Shown here piece by piece: positions 26,699 through 56,517 of a DNA stretch of 64,000 bases (the first letter of the stretch is position 1; the number at the start of each line of letters is the position of its first letter). The notes under the pieces were generated by a model. That model saw nothing but the letters and a program-made list of their open reading frames with translations. It had not been told where the DNA came from and ran no database searches. Both the position numbers and the translations under genes were made by a program. Origin of the DNA: Lama guanicoe (Eukaryota); the NCBI GenBank assembly GCA_013239625.1, contig MU054823.1, positions 1,020,305 to 1,084,304 on the forward strand, read 5' to 3'.

Positions 26699-29600
26699 CT
26701 CCCGGTGGCACTTCTCATCACTTGTCCCATCTCTCCTGTGTTTCTTACATAGATGTGTATGTGCATTCTTTTTTGTTCCTTCTTTACACAAAATGTAGCT
26801 TATCATGTACAGATTTTGTATGTTTTTCTCTTCACTGAACAGTTACTTAGCGACCTAGCCACGGTGGTGCCTGGAAAGCTTCCTCATAAACCCTCGGAGG
26901 CTTATTTATGACCATTTGACAGACACGTAGGTCACGTCCGGTGTTTTTGTCGTAAGGGCTGCTGCAGCAAGGGGCCCAATGGTAGTGCTGCGCAATTAGC
27001 TTCTAGAACGATCCAGAACATGCTTGCAGGGGGCAGGCGAGTGCACCTGGGGGGAGCTGCTCTGTACTCCCATCATGCCACAGTGATGGCCTGCTCCTCC
27101 TGCCAGTGCAAGTAGCCCCCGCCCGCTGGCTCAGCCCCTGGGCCTCACTGTCCCTGCTGCTCACACTTCAGCCCTCCTGATCTGCTGCCAGCTCCCCAGA
27201 CTGCTCCCTCAGTGGCCGGCTGTCCTCCTGGTCCCCTCCTGGCCCCCACCCTGTGCCAGGCAAGTGCCTGTTGTAAACCATGTCCTGTCCTCCAGGGCAG
27301 GGGCCCAGCCACCTCCGGGCCTGGCGCTGCCCCTGTCACATTTGAGGGCTCCTTCCCCGACTGGACAGGGTTAACAGCGCGGGCCCAGGGCACCTCAGGC
27401 CTGAGCTCGTCCACTCGGCCGCATTGACTGACCTAGGGCCCTCCTCCAGATTCTGGCCCATGGCTGAGAGACATGCAGGAATGTGTCCTCAGTGAGCTTG
27501 TCCTTTGGTGGGAGAGGCCAGCTGGGCAGATAGTGCTCTCAACATCCAGCCCCCATCTGCTGGGGGGGCTGCTGTGGGGCCCTGGTGCCTGGGGTTGGGG
27601 CCGGACAGGTGGCGGGACCAGGAGTCTCCCCAGGCGAGCCAGGTGGGCTGGTGCTGGGCTTGGCCCTTGGATGAGGCCAGGCATGTCCCTGGAGGCCTGG
27701 CCACAGGTGCTGTCCCCGGGGATCTGTGATGCTCCTGGGACCCAGGCAGGGACAGCTTTGGGTCGTGGCTTTGGCCAGCGTGTCTCAGGCCATGGCCTGT
27801 GACATCTGGACGAGCTCGCTGCTGACGGGCACCATGTGTGGGTCTGTTACAACACACTTTCCCCAGAGTCACCAGCAGTGGTGATTTGGCTATTCCCGTG
27901 ATGCCACAGATGGAACCAGTTCTTTTGATTGAAAGTTACAGGAACCCACTCTGACAAGCCTTGAGCAAAACAGGGATGTGAAGTCCCCAAACCTGACAGG
28001 CGGTGGGCACGGGGCTGGGCGTTCTCTAACACATCCGCCTCGCCTCTCCTGTCCTCTCTGCACAAGGCACAGCCTCCTTGTCTCTGGGTGAGCAAGGCGA
28101 CAGGCTCTGGGCTCCTGCTACAATGTCTCTGGTTCTTACACAGATGTCGTGAAGAGGGCATGAGGCTGTATGGTGGAGTTGTTAACAGGGGACCCTGGGT
28201 TTAGTCGTGGCCTCGGTCTCCCTGTGTTGAAAATGGGGATCGTGACTGGGACCTGTGGAGGAGGGGCTGCCGAGATACCCTGGCCAGTCCGGGTCTGTCC
28301 ACCTAGGGGTCCCATCAGCCAGGTGTCGGGTGGTATTCCCAGCACAGTCTTTGGGGCTGGCTTGGTGGTGTGGGCTGAGAGGATGTGGGGTGGTGGCCGC
28401 GGTTCCTCCAGAAGCCTCCTCCCACCTCAGGCTTGCACTACCACGTGGAGTGGAGCTGAGAACTGGAAAAATCGCCCGGATTATCTCAGTCTGACATTCC
28501 AGGGAGGCTTGGGGCAGCCCCTGCAGACGGAGGCAGCAGCCGCTTGGCTCAGCCCCCTGGGCCTGGGGGTGATGCGGTGGTCATTTGCTGGGACTCCGCT
28601 GAGCTGCCCTGGCCTTTGTGTCTCAGCTGAGGGGTGAGTTGCCGAGCTCTGGGGGCCATTGCCTGACCGCATGGTTGGGAGGAAGCGGCTGAGTGGGGCT
28701 CGGGGAGGGGCAGCGGGCAGAGTCTGGGGGTCTGGGGCTTGAGAGCTGATGGCTTGGCCTGGGGGGTGCCAGGTGCCACTTGTGGAGACTGTCCTGGGAT
28801 GGGATGCCCACTGAGTGGGGTCCTGGGACTCCCTGGGGTCATGTGTCTCTCAGAGGAGGCAGTCCAGTGGCCCAAGGACCTGCCCAAGGTCACACAGAGA
28901 CCGCCCTCAGGCAACTTCCAGCAAGGAATGCCGCTGAGGGGGCCCAGAGAGAACCCAGGGCTTCAGGAAGGTGGAACCCAGGGTAGGGTGCTGAGGCCCC
29001 GTCTGAGTTGCTGTAGCCCAGCAGGGTCTGTGTCTGTGCTGCCAGGGCGTTGGGGGCCGCAGGGAGCAGCTCTGTAGCTGGAGCCTGTGCCCGTGGACTC
29101 GGGCCGGCACGGGGTGGATTGAGGCTGTCCAGAGGGTGCCCCAGGGTGACTTTTCATGAATATTCTTCAAAATGAGAAAACCACAACACAACATCTATTC
29201 AATTTGAAAAGCTGGTTATTCTAGGTTGTTTTCTATAGGACTTGGGCGTCAGGATCTCTTTTCTTCCATAAAATGTTGAGAGGGAGGATGTTTCCTAAAG
29301 CTTCTTAAACACAACAAAATCAGACTGGCTCTGATGTTGGTGTCTGTCTTGGAGAAGTAAAACTGGTCCCTGAGACCCTGTGAGCCCACTCTGCTTGGCA
29401 GCCTTAGCCTGGCAGCGGGGGGCTTCCTCCCTCTTGGACAGGGTAGGAGGGTGTTCTCTCTGGGTCCCCTTCCCCTCCCATGGCTGGAGACAGGGAGGGG
29501 TGTCGCTGAGCAGAATGCAGTGTGCCTTGCTCCTTCCTTGTGGTCTTTTGGGGTGGACCATTCAGGTAGCTCCAGAGCCTTACTTCAGAGAGATGAAGAC

Positions 29601-31460
29601 CCCCGCGTGCAGGCTGGAGGGGATGCCAGCTCCCTCAGGGGGAATGCGAGGGAGCCGTGAGTGGCCAGCAGGGAAGAGCGTGCAGGCTCTGTGTGCCCTG
29701 GGTGTGGTCTGGGACCTACCCCCATCCTCATAGATGGGGAGCTGGCAGGGTGCCTGCACCGGCCTCCTGCCTGTCTCAGTGGGGAAGTTGTGTCTCCGAG
29801 GCAAGGGCAGGACTTGGGGAATCCGGGCTGGAGGTCTGGACAGCTCATGACTGCTCTGGCCCCAGCAATCTGCACAGGTGGCCAGCTGGGGGCAGGCTGC
29901 CCAGAGCAGAATGCTGCCTGGAAAGCTCTTTCCTGGGCTTTGCTGGTCCTCTGTCCTGTCCCCAGGGAGCCTCTGAGGTCAGGCTCCCAGAGGGGATAGC
30001 TGGAGCACAGGCAAAGTCCAGGGCAGGTCGGACCTGTAAAGCAAGTCCCCAGGTACACTAGGGTCTTGGAGCAGCACGGACCTGACCTGATTTGATCTGG
30101 CCCAGGACAGTCCCCTTCCAGAGATCACTGAGATCCTTGAGTACAAGTCTGGCCAGAGGAAGGCTGCATCAGTATCTAGATGCAGGGTCATGCAGGGTCT
30201 GGCCGCATTAGAGTGTGGACTCCTGGTGGGCAAGCTGAGCTGTGGGTGGGTTCTTTCTAGGTGGAGAAGGGCCGTGATCTCCTGAGGAGTGTCCCACAAC
30301 CATGCCGAGTGACCACACCAGGGATGCTGGGCAGGCTGGGCCATGCCAGCCCCTCTGCCTGCTTGTTCGAGAGATTCCAAGTCAGGCAGCCCCTTTATGC
30401 CTGTGTTCAAAGGACCAGGGCTTTTATTGCAGCCCAGGATGGCTGAGGCATTGTCTGGCCTGAGCTGGAAAGCCTGGCAAGGACTTCCTTCTGGACTCTG
30501 GGTGGCGAGGAGCTGGGGTGCTGGTTGGGACTGGCTGTGCCCTGCACCCTCAGCTGCCGAGAAGCAAGGAGGCCTGAGGCCCAAGAGGCCGGGGAGGAAG
30601 GGCAGTTATGGGAGAGCCCAAGGAGAAGGTGACTGGCCATCCCAGCCCAGCCTGGGGACAAGGAAGGGAAGTCCTTCCTGCTCCCTTTCAGCTGCACAGC
30701 CAGCAGATCCCTTTCTGGAACCGCTGAGTGTGTGAGCCAGAACAAGGGCAGGGCAAGCCCCTCCCCTCTGCCGGAGACTGTGGTCCAGCAGTGCTGGCTG
30801 CCGGCGGGGTGCCTCACACAGGGCAGGGCCTGCTGGGACCCTCGCCTGACCACCCTGGGAGCCAGCCTTGATGTGCTGCCTTGTTTCCCCTCAGGGCCGT
30901 GGGAGCCCCTGCTGTCAGCAGCTTGGTCGCCTGGCTTCTCCGAAGGGGAGGCCCTCCTGGAGACACAGTTGCCAGGCCCTCCATACCGGCAGTGCCCTGG
31001 CCGCTTAGGGAAGCCTCACCCTGGGCACTGGGGACCGGGACCCCAGGACTCTGGACACACCCGGCCCAGGCCTCTCCGGCTGCTGAGCCTGCCCTCCTGC
31101 CACACCTCCTCATTAGCCCTGACCCCCAGCAGATGGGGAGGAGGTGCCAGCCATGGCTGCTCCCAGGCCCCACCCAGCCTCCTAAGGCCTGGAAGGTGAG
31201 GGGCTCTTAGGACTCCCAGGGGCCTCTGCCTATTGCCCTGCCCTGGGCAATTATCTGGGCAATTAGTTTCAGACCCTGGACTGACATTGGCCAGGTCCTG
31301 GGTTGTTTCCCACAGGCTGTACACCCTGACCCCTAGAGGGAGGGAGGCTCTGCCCAGTGAGCAGCCAAGGTGCCTGGGGCCTGTGCCCCTCACGACTGCC
31401 TGGGCCAGGTCACGGTGTGACGCCTCCTGACCCAGCCTTGCCAGGGGCAGAGGGCATTGA

Positions 31461-36127
<4,667 letters not shown>

Positions 36128-38479
36128 AGGGCTGGTTCTCAGGGAGGTGAAGGTCTTGCTGCCTCAGGGCCCCTGCTCTGCAGACCCTGATGTGTGCCCC
36201 CAGCCAGAACGCTAGCCTCCTCCCTTAGATGGACCAGGGACAGAAGTTACACCTGGGAGGCACCTGGCTGCAGAGACCTAGTTTCATCCTGTGACTGGAT
36301 AAAGGGCTGTTCGCTCTGCTACCTGCCTTGTCATGTGTCTCAGCTGGGCCCCCGTTTGCATGATGGGGAGCTGTTGTGTTGCTAGGCCTGGGTGTGCTTG
36401 TCCGTGAGCACCTGAGACCTGTAGATGCTTGCTGGGCTCACCTGTATTGCCCAACCCTGCGTGGGCGTGAGGCCCATGGCCCCTGGACAAGAAGCCTGGC
36501 CTTCACTGCACCCTGCCTCCCCAGCCTCCTGGAGGCTCCTGTGTAACTCTGCTTTCTTGAGGGGAACACGTTGCTTTGGAAAGACAGTCCTTGGGGGCTC
36601 GGGCTGGGGGCATCCACACTGGAGTGGCAGGGATCCTGGCTTGGAAAGGGAGAGGGTATTTTCCATGAGACTCTTGGCCCAGAGGGGCAGAGTGGTAGAT
36701 GGCTTGCATCAGAAACCTCCCTGGCTGGGTGGGTCCCCCATTCCTGGCACGCAGCCCTGATCCCAGGGCCTGGCTGCCAGCTTCCGCCTGGCCAGCCAAG
36801 AAGGCCAACAGCTGGCCTCTCGGCCTCTGAGCTGACCAGGAACAATGTGTCATGATCATGGGGCCCCTTAGGGGCCTCACTTGGGAGGGATGGGGGCCCT
36901 GCCAGCTCATGCCCATGGCAGGCTGCTTGGCATGGCCACCAGTGCTGGGTGGCATGGACTTAGGTCACCTTCTCCCCTGCTGGACGCTGACCTGGTCTGC
37001 CCAGTGTCCACAGGCCTGCCCTTCCCTAAGCATCAGTGGCTGGAGAGGTGTTCTCAGCAGGGCTAGGGGAGAGTCCGGGGTAGGCTGCCGGTTAAATTTA
37101 GAATGTGTTGTGGTGCAGCTGCCCAAGGTTCACTTGTCACCACAGCTGCCACTTGGACCCTGCTGCCAGGGGGCGGGTGAGGGCTGGCTCCGCCTGGGGC
37201 TGGGCCCATATTAACCTGTGCTCCGGCCTGGGGGCCAGCAGGGTGGGTAGGCCTGCGCTCTGGGAGGCAGAGGTGGCAGAGGTGGCGGCGGAGCCAGAGG
37301 CGCAAGGTGAGAGGCCAGCCACCTGGGGCTCTGTGGTTCCTCTCCAGCCAGTGGGAGTAGGAGCTGCAGCCAAGGCTCCGGCTCAGGCCTGACCAGCTGC
37401 CCACAGCCCAGCTCAGCTGAGGGCCTGCTCCCTGACCCTCAGCACGGTCAGATACCGGCGCTGGGGCGGCCACCCTAGGCACGGCCTATCAGCTCCCTGC
37501 AGGGCCTGTGGAGGTGGGGCCTGAGGGCTTATCATGGCTCACGTCCCTCTCTCCACCAATCAGGAGCAACAGGGAAGGGGAGCTTAGGTCACCCTGCCTG
37601 CGGTGTGGCCCCAAGGGCAGCCCCAGGCTGGTGCAGGATTGGAGAAAGCGCAGGACAGCAGCGTCCCAGAGCAGCTGAGGTGTCCAAGGGCCCTGGGAAA
37701 GCCCGGAGTTCCCCTGTCCTCTCCCCCAACACCCCGACCCAGAGATTCCAGCCTTGCAGCCCTGATGGGGGACCAAGGTCCAACCACAGGGCTCTTATGG
37801 CCTCTGAGCCACAGTCCTCAGCACAAGAGGGCAGATGGAACCCCACAAGTCTGACCACCTCACTCCCCTCCCCCGACAGCCCCAGGATTCCTGTGGCCTG
37901 GCTCAGTTACCTGGGAGACAGGCCGGCCAGCCTCAGCAAAGATGGGGGGTCCGAGAGGGCTGGGCCTAGGTCGAGCCCTCCTAGGGTAAATCTCCAGGGG
38001 CCCCAGGCTTCCTTCTCCCCTCAGGGTTCAGCCCTACCCAGCTCTGCCATCCCCTCAGGGTGCTCAGCTCCCCTCCTCTCCCCTCCCCCAGGCCCAGGCC
38101 CTCAGAGCTTGAACCTTCCGTCTGTCCCTACCCCCTATGTGAGTCTCCTGCTCCCCTGTCATGGGGACACTGGGCGGGCACTGGGCCTCACCCCAAGCCC
38201 CGCCTGCCTTCTCACCCACTCCCTGTGGCTCCCTGGGGCAGAACTGTGCCCAGACAAGTGAGGCGGGGCCTGTGGCCCCAGCTCCTTCTGCAGCCTTCTC
38301 TGTCCCTTTCAGTGGGGTCAGGAGGCTGCAGTGCAGAGGGTGCTCTCTTGCCTTAAGCCCCCTTCCCAGGCTCCCCGTTTCCCAGCCCTGGTCCGCCAGC
38401 CTGGACCTGGCTTCTCTTATTCCCATTTCTGGATCTTGCTGCCTCCTGAGCCTCCTCCCTGCCTGGTCTGAGCTGTGTC

Positions 38480-41039
<2,560 letters not shown>

Positions 41040-41178
41040 GGACGCCGCTGGGGGCCAGGCTGGGCCGGCAGGGACGACCCTGGACTGACAGTGCTCAGGA
41101 TTCTGAGGGGTCTCTGGAGTCCTCTGGATTTGCTCCTGCTGCCTGTGGGGCTGGGCCCCTGCCCCTCTGCAGGCCTTT

Positions 41179-41184
41179 AATAAA
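41179..41184 (+). terminator. Polyadenylation signal (AATAAA) of GPT
   Basis: 140 nt after the stop, followed by GT-rich sequence. Confidence 0.75.
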
Positions 41185-41429
41185 GCTACCAGATGGCCTG
41201 ACTTCTTGGAGGCTGTGTGCACTCCTGTATACCCCTCTCCCACCTTTGTCCACTCCTGACTGCTTTTCTGTGCAGGTCTGGGGGACCCAGAAGGAGTGGT
41301 CAAGGAGGGCTTCCACAGGAGGTTACCTTCTACAGACACCACACCTGCCACTGGCTGGGTCTCCACCCTGGTCACAGGTCTTGGGCCAGACACCGGCAAA
41401 CATTCACATAAGAATTAGGAGGTTAAGCT

Positions 41430-41558
41430 GGGGGAGGGTATAGCTCAGGTGGTAAAGCGCATGCCTAGCATTCACGAGGCTCTGGGTTCAATCCCCAGTA
41501 CCTCCATTATCTAAAAAAATAATAAAATCAAGCCAGTTTAAACTTACAAAAAAAGAGA
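41430..41558 (+). mobile_element. tRNA-Ala-derived SINE with A-rich tail and 18-bp target-site duplication
   Basis: Head GGGGAGGGTATAGCTCAGGTGGTAAAGCGCATGCCTAGCATTCACGAGGCTCTGGGTTCAATCCCCAGTACCTCCA, with Pol III A and B boxes. A-rich tail. Flanked by AAGAATTAGGAGGTTAAG at 41410-41427 and 41559-41576. Confidence 0.92.
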
Positions 41559-42779
41559 AAGAATTAGGAGGTTAAGTGGTGTGAAGAAAAGCAGTAGACT
41601 CCCTGCATCTCCTCAGGGGGAACCTGGCGGTGTTAGGGGTGAGGATGGGGCTGGACGAAACACAGGTGCAGGGTCCCAGGGTGTAGCCATTTTGAGAAAG
41701 ACAGAGAAAGGTGTGTCCTCTGACCTGGCCGCCACCTTTCCCATACTGTCCGCCTCTTACCTGGCAGCACAGAGAACATGTTAAGTTGTAGGATGGAGCT
41801 GACTGGATGGAGTGAGTAGCGGGAGTCCTGGTTCTCCTAAGGGGGCCTCTTCCGACTGCTGGAGGAGCAGCCGTGCCAAGAGCAGGGAGGGAGGAGGAAC
41901 CAATAGGGCTTGCTTTGCCATGTTGTGTGGAGTGTGTGGTGAGTGTGTGTGACACCCTTGTGCAAACGCAGCCTTCCAGCTGGGAAACAGTGAGAGGGCA
42001 GGCCCCCTTCTGAGCTGGAGTGCCCTGCGGCTGGCACCAGGGAGAGAGCAGGTAAGACGCTGAGGAAAAGGTGCCGTGGGCAGAGCTAGGCTGGACGACT
42101 CAGGCTCAGGGCAGGTGGGCCTCCCTGTGTCCTTGCCACTGGAGGATGAGCACCTAGGTGCACTTGCCAGACACTTGTCACTGCACAAGCGGTCCTCTGT
42201 GGTCAGCACTGTAGTCCCCGCTTTATAGATGAGAAACCTGGGTCCCTGAATGTGTAGAAATGACAGGAAACCCAGCCCAGCCAGAGGGGCCTCAGCAGCT
42301 GAGGGAGTATGTTGGTTCAAGTGCCTGTGAGTTGGTCTAGGGATTGGGCTGACTCCATGGACCCGAGGGCTTAGAGATAGTGCTGGACGAGGTTCCAGCT
42401 CTGCTCTGGATCCAGCTCTTAGCCACGTCCGTGTTTCACTGCTGCCCGCACCGCACAGCTCTGGTCAGGAGATGTGGCGTGAGACCCCATGTTCGGCTCT
42501 GGTTTCCCCTTCGGATGGGCCCCTCCGTCAGCAAGGCCAGCTGGAGTCAGGCTTGCGCCAGCCCGGCCAGGCTCTCCAGGCCTTGTCATTGGACACTAGA
42601 GGGGCTTTCCGGCAGCTGCCAGGAGCATCCTCGGGCGGAACCTGGCTCGGACATTTCCTACAAATCTCCTGCCTTCCACGGCCCTCTGCGGCCACTGGCC
42701 AGGAGAGGGCGCTGAGACCACAAGCAGAGCGAGGTGACGGGTCCAGAAGCAGGAGGGCGCAGTAAGAGACGGGGGAAGG

Positions 42780-45231
<2,452 letters not shown>

Positions 45232-45548
45232 GCTGGGTGGCCAGACTTGTCAATAAAGTGGAGTGTGCATGTGGCCTGTGTCTGGGACGAGTGACATGCA
45301 AGGTTCTCAGACTGGGGTTGTCCCCACCAGAAGGAGGGTCCCTAAGAGCAACTTGAGCATCTTTTATTCTGTACCCCCTTTGTCCCCACACTCCTGGCGG
45401 TGGGTTTTGCCCAGGGTGGTTGGTCACTGATACCCCATCTTTGCCTTGATGAACTGCTGCATGTGACACCCTCCATACTGGCTGTGCAGGCCCTGCTCAG
45501 GCCATGTCGTCTGTGATGTGGGAGCACAGGGCCTTCTGCACAGGGCAG

Positions 45549-52430
<6,882 letters not shown>

Positions 52431-53737
52431 TGACCACACTGGCTGCTTTCGTTGCCTCTCGTGACAGGTGCTCGGTTGGCCTGTCCTGTCACAGCGAGGT
52501 ATGAGTCGTCCTCGCGAGATTTGTCCACAGGCCGAGCGAGTCCGAGGGTTGACGTCTGGGGCTTCTCAGGAACCAGTGCCCTAAGGACTTGTGTGTGAGG
52601 TCCGCAAGAGCAGGGGCTCTGGGGCCAGGCTGCCACCTTTCCCCCAGTTCATCACACAAGGCTGTGACCTTGGTCGGGCACGGCCTAGGTCTTAGTTTTC
52701 TAATTTGTTTTCAGGGTGATGACCCGGAGGCAGTTTTGAGGATGAGGTGCCTGGCACACAGTAAGTCGGCTAACTGTTGCTGCTGTGAAGTCAGCAGCAC
52801 AGCTGACACACAGGTACCTTTGTGCCCTCAGGCATCTTCTGTGCTCTCCTTGTCAGCTTGGATGTTCCTTTGGCAGCTGCCTCTGTGCGTCTGAGCAAAG
52901 GCCCCTGGCCTGGTGCCTTTGAACCCCATGGATTTGAGACTTGGTCTCTCAACGTGGTTCTCCAGGGAAGAGACAGATGTTTAGACAGATGACAAGGATC
53001 CCGGTGGATGAGGCACTTTTCCTTTCTGTAAATCTCCAGGGTTCTCCCTGTCTGGCAGTGAAATAGTAGAACTGGAGCTCATGTTGAGGGCCTGGGTTCC
53101 TCAGGCCCTCTGGACTTAGTGTTCCCTGGGTCCTGGTCTTGTCTACCTGCTTGGGTGTTTATAAAGCTGCATCTGTACTTCTAGCTCCTGTTTACTGTGC
53201 TGCACAGAATCCAAGGGCGGTCTGCTAGAGATTCTGAGGAGGCTATGAGAGAGGACACTTGGATACAACTTCTAGCCCCTGGGAGTATCCCATCCCACTA
53301 GTGCTGTGGGGGGAGGGGCCTGAGCTTTGGTCTACTTTTAAGGAAGGGAGGCTCTGATAAGTAGCTTTGTGATTTGGGAGGGCTGCGATTCAGATGGGGG
53401 GCCCTGCAGAGCAACAGCCATCAGAAGTACACCCAGGCGAGTTAGTCATCTCTGGTGCCATGCTGTTTTATGTGCTGCTTGATACCTTTGTTTCCCTAAA
53501 AATGCCCCCGTGCTTTGGAGGGTGGGGCCTGGGGGCGGCCTTGAGCTCCTTTCCTCTCCACTCAGCCTATTGCAAGGCACCTAGCACTTGATCTTTGGTG
53601 CTGTGGTTCTCCACTCTGTGCTAGGCACCATGCTGAGCTTTCCCACGACCAGTGCATGGAGGGGGCAGTGGCCTCGCGTCTGTCCTCCCCACTGAAGGAC
53701 CCTTCCCTGCAGGTGGCCTCCTGCCTGGCCCAGCGCC

Positions 53738-55500
53738 ATGCACACGCTTGTGTTCCTGAGCACACGGCAGATGCTCCAGTGCCAGTCAGCTGCCTGCCAG
53801 GCCCTGCCCCTGCTGCCACGAGAGCTCTTCCCCTTGCTGTTCAAAGTGGCCTTTATGGACAAGAAGACTGTCGTGCTGCGGGAGCTGGTGCACATGTGGC
53901 CCTTCCCACTGCTCAGCTTCCAGCAGCTGCTGCAGGAGTGTGCCCACTGCAGCCGGGCCCTGCTGCAGGAGCGGCCTAGTACTGAGAGCATGCAAGCCGT
54001 GATCCTGGGGCTGACCGCCCGGCTCCACACCCCAGAGACTGAGGCTGGCACTCAGCCCCTCTGCAGGTATGGGCTCACTGGAGTGGCCCTCAGGCCTGGG
54101 GAGGGGGGTGCAAAAAGGATCCTCCACAAGAGGTTCCAGTCTGGTATAAGAGCTCAATGCAAGAGCAAGCATGCTGCTCCTGTCCCAGGGTGGCGGATAG
54201 TGGGTGTGGGCTGTGTTCCCTTGTCTCCTGTCTCAGCCCACCCTTGCTCCCAGGAAGCACGTGCTGCGGGTGCTGGACATGACGGGCCTTCTGGATGACG
54301 GCGTGGAGCAGGACCCTGGCACCATGAGCATGTGGGACTGCACAGCAGCTGTGGCCCGCACGTGCATCGCACAGCAGCAGGGCAGGACTGCAGAGCCAGG
54401 GCTGGCTCCCATTCCTGTGGAGGTGCGAGTGGACCTGCGGGTGAACCGGGCCTCTTACGCGTTCCTGCGGGAGGCGCTCCGCAGCAGCGTAGGCAGCCCA
54501 CTGCGGCTCTGCTGCCGGGACCTGCGGGCTGAGGACTTGCCCATGCGCAATACAGTGGCCCTGCTACAGCTTCTGGATGCTGGCTGCCTGCGCCGTGTGG
54601 ACCTGCGCTTCAACAACTTGGGCCTGCGTGGCCTGTCTGTCATCATCCCGCACGTGGCCCGCTTCCAGCACCTGGCCAGCCTGCGGCTGCACTATGTCCA
54701 TGGGGACTCACGGCAGCCCTCCGTGGACGGTGAGGACAACTTCCGCTACTTCCTGGCTCAGATGGGTCGCTTCACTTGTTTGCGGGAGCTCAGCATGGGC
54801 TCCTCTCTCCTCTCGGGGCGGCTGGACCAGTTACTCAGGTGAGTGGGCCTGCTATTACCCTGCTCCTCCCATCCCCTCCACAAGACCTTCCCCTGGCCCT
54901 GCCTGTTTGTGACCCCCTGTGCCCCCCTGCAGCACCCTGCAGAGCCCCCTGGAGAGCCTGGAGCTGGCCTTCTGTGCCCTACTGCCTGAGGACCTGCGTT
55001 TCCTGGCACAGAGCCCTCATGCTGTCCACCTCAAGAAGTTGGACCTGAGTGGCAACGACCTGTCTGGCAGACAGCTAGAGCCCTTCCAGGGTCTGCTACA
55101 GGCAGCAGCAGCCACTCTGCTGCACCTCGAGCTGACTGAGTGCCAGCTTGCTGATACCCAGCTGCTGGTCACACTCCCTGTGCTGACTCGCTGCACCAGC
55201 CTCCGCTACCTCGGCCTCTACGGCAATCCACTGTCCATGGCAGGCCTCAAGGAACTCCTGCGGGACTCAGTGGCACAGGCTGAGCTGCGCACAGTGGTGC
55301 ACCCTTTCCCTGTGGACTGTTATGAGGGCCTGCCCTGGCCACCGCCTGCCTCTGTCCTGCTGGAAGCCTCCATCAATGAAGAGAAGTTTGCCCGTGTGGA
55401 GGCCGAGCTGCACCAGTTGCTGCTGGCCTCGGGCCGTGCTCATGTGCTCTGGACCACAGACATCTACGGGCGCCTGGCTGCAGACTACTTTAGCCTGTGA
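53738..55500 (+). CDS. LRRC14: Leucine-rich repeat-containing protein 14 (PRAME-like family), 493 aa, 3 coding exons
   Basis: Exons 53738-54066, 54254-54838, 54933-55500. Runs MHTLVFLSTRQ...LPRELFPLLFKVAF...WPFPLLSF, then LRRs, ending YGRLAADYFSL*. Confidence 0.96.
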
Positions 55501-56517
55501 TCTCTCACCTCTGGGTGAGAGTCGGGCAGTCCGGGGGTCCAGGGTTCTCGGAAGCCCCTTGCCCCTTGGGTAGGCAGAGCCTTGGCTGGGACCCCGCTGG
55601 AGGCCTGACATAAAGGCACTAGTCTCTGATTTCCTTGTTCCTGGGTGCACCCTGAGCCTCCCCATGCTTTCTGTAGCACGCTGCGCAGTTTGTTCTGCAC
55701 CTGCTAACCTGACTGGTTGACCACTTGCGGGCCTGCGGGCTGGATGCTAGGCCTGCACGGCCCTGCTTAGGTTTAGCTGCATTTGGCTGCCCTCTGGTGT
55801 CCTGGTTCTCTCTTCAGAATGTTCCTGGGGTCAGTGAGCTAAGAGAGTTTTCCTCTGGGCCCTCCCCAAGAGCAGACTGGTCTGGGGTGGAACTTGGGAC
55901 AGGCCTGCTTCAAGGACTGAGCCCCCACGCACTCTGGGGCTTCTAAGGGGGTCTTCCTACCTTGACACCCAGGAGACTGCCTCTCAGCTGGCTTTTGGAG
56001 CCAGAAGGTGTCCTTAAGGTACAAAAGTGCAGTGTGTTTAGAACTTAAATTTGTGGATTTTTTTTTTTCTGTCTTAATTGATTAGGGTGACTTGTCTCCT
56101 TCTCTGCTGCACCCCTAGCATGGCCACTGAATACCAAGCCCTCAGGCCCGCTGCCCCTCCCCTTCCCTAGGCTTCCCCACAGTCCACCCCGCCCACCTCG
56201 CGGTGGTCCAGGCTCCTCCAGTAGGCGGCGGGACTGGAGGTCGGGTGATTTATGGGGGGGGGGATTTTTCTGGAGGGCTTCAGTCGGGGCGTTGGCAGCC
56301 TACCCTACCACCCTCCTTTCGCGCACCAGGACTTCCGACTGCGGAGCCGGGGTCCTTAGGTGCTTGAGTCTCTCTCCGCGCCCCGGACGCCACACAAGTC
56401 TCGCAGCACACTGCGCAGCTTTCCAGCCTTTACTGACCGTGTTGGAGCATGCGCATGGTGAGCTGCGGGCCAGCCAATCCGCGGGGCCTACGTCATCAGC
56501 GCGCGCCCGACCGCCCC

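Noticed and set aside
26367-26838. Repetitive proteins (PTCPP.. / GGQVG..)
   Set aside because: Translations of the 20-bp minisatellite.
41430-41506. Functional tRNA-Ala gene
   Set aside because: Mismatched stems, extra 5' bases, an A-rich tail and a TSD indicate a retroposed SINE.
56052-56059. FOXH1 binding motif TGTGGATT (also at ~22495)
   Set aside because: Isolated 8-mers, expected by chance in 64 kb, far from FOXH1; one lies in L1 sequence.
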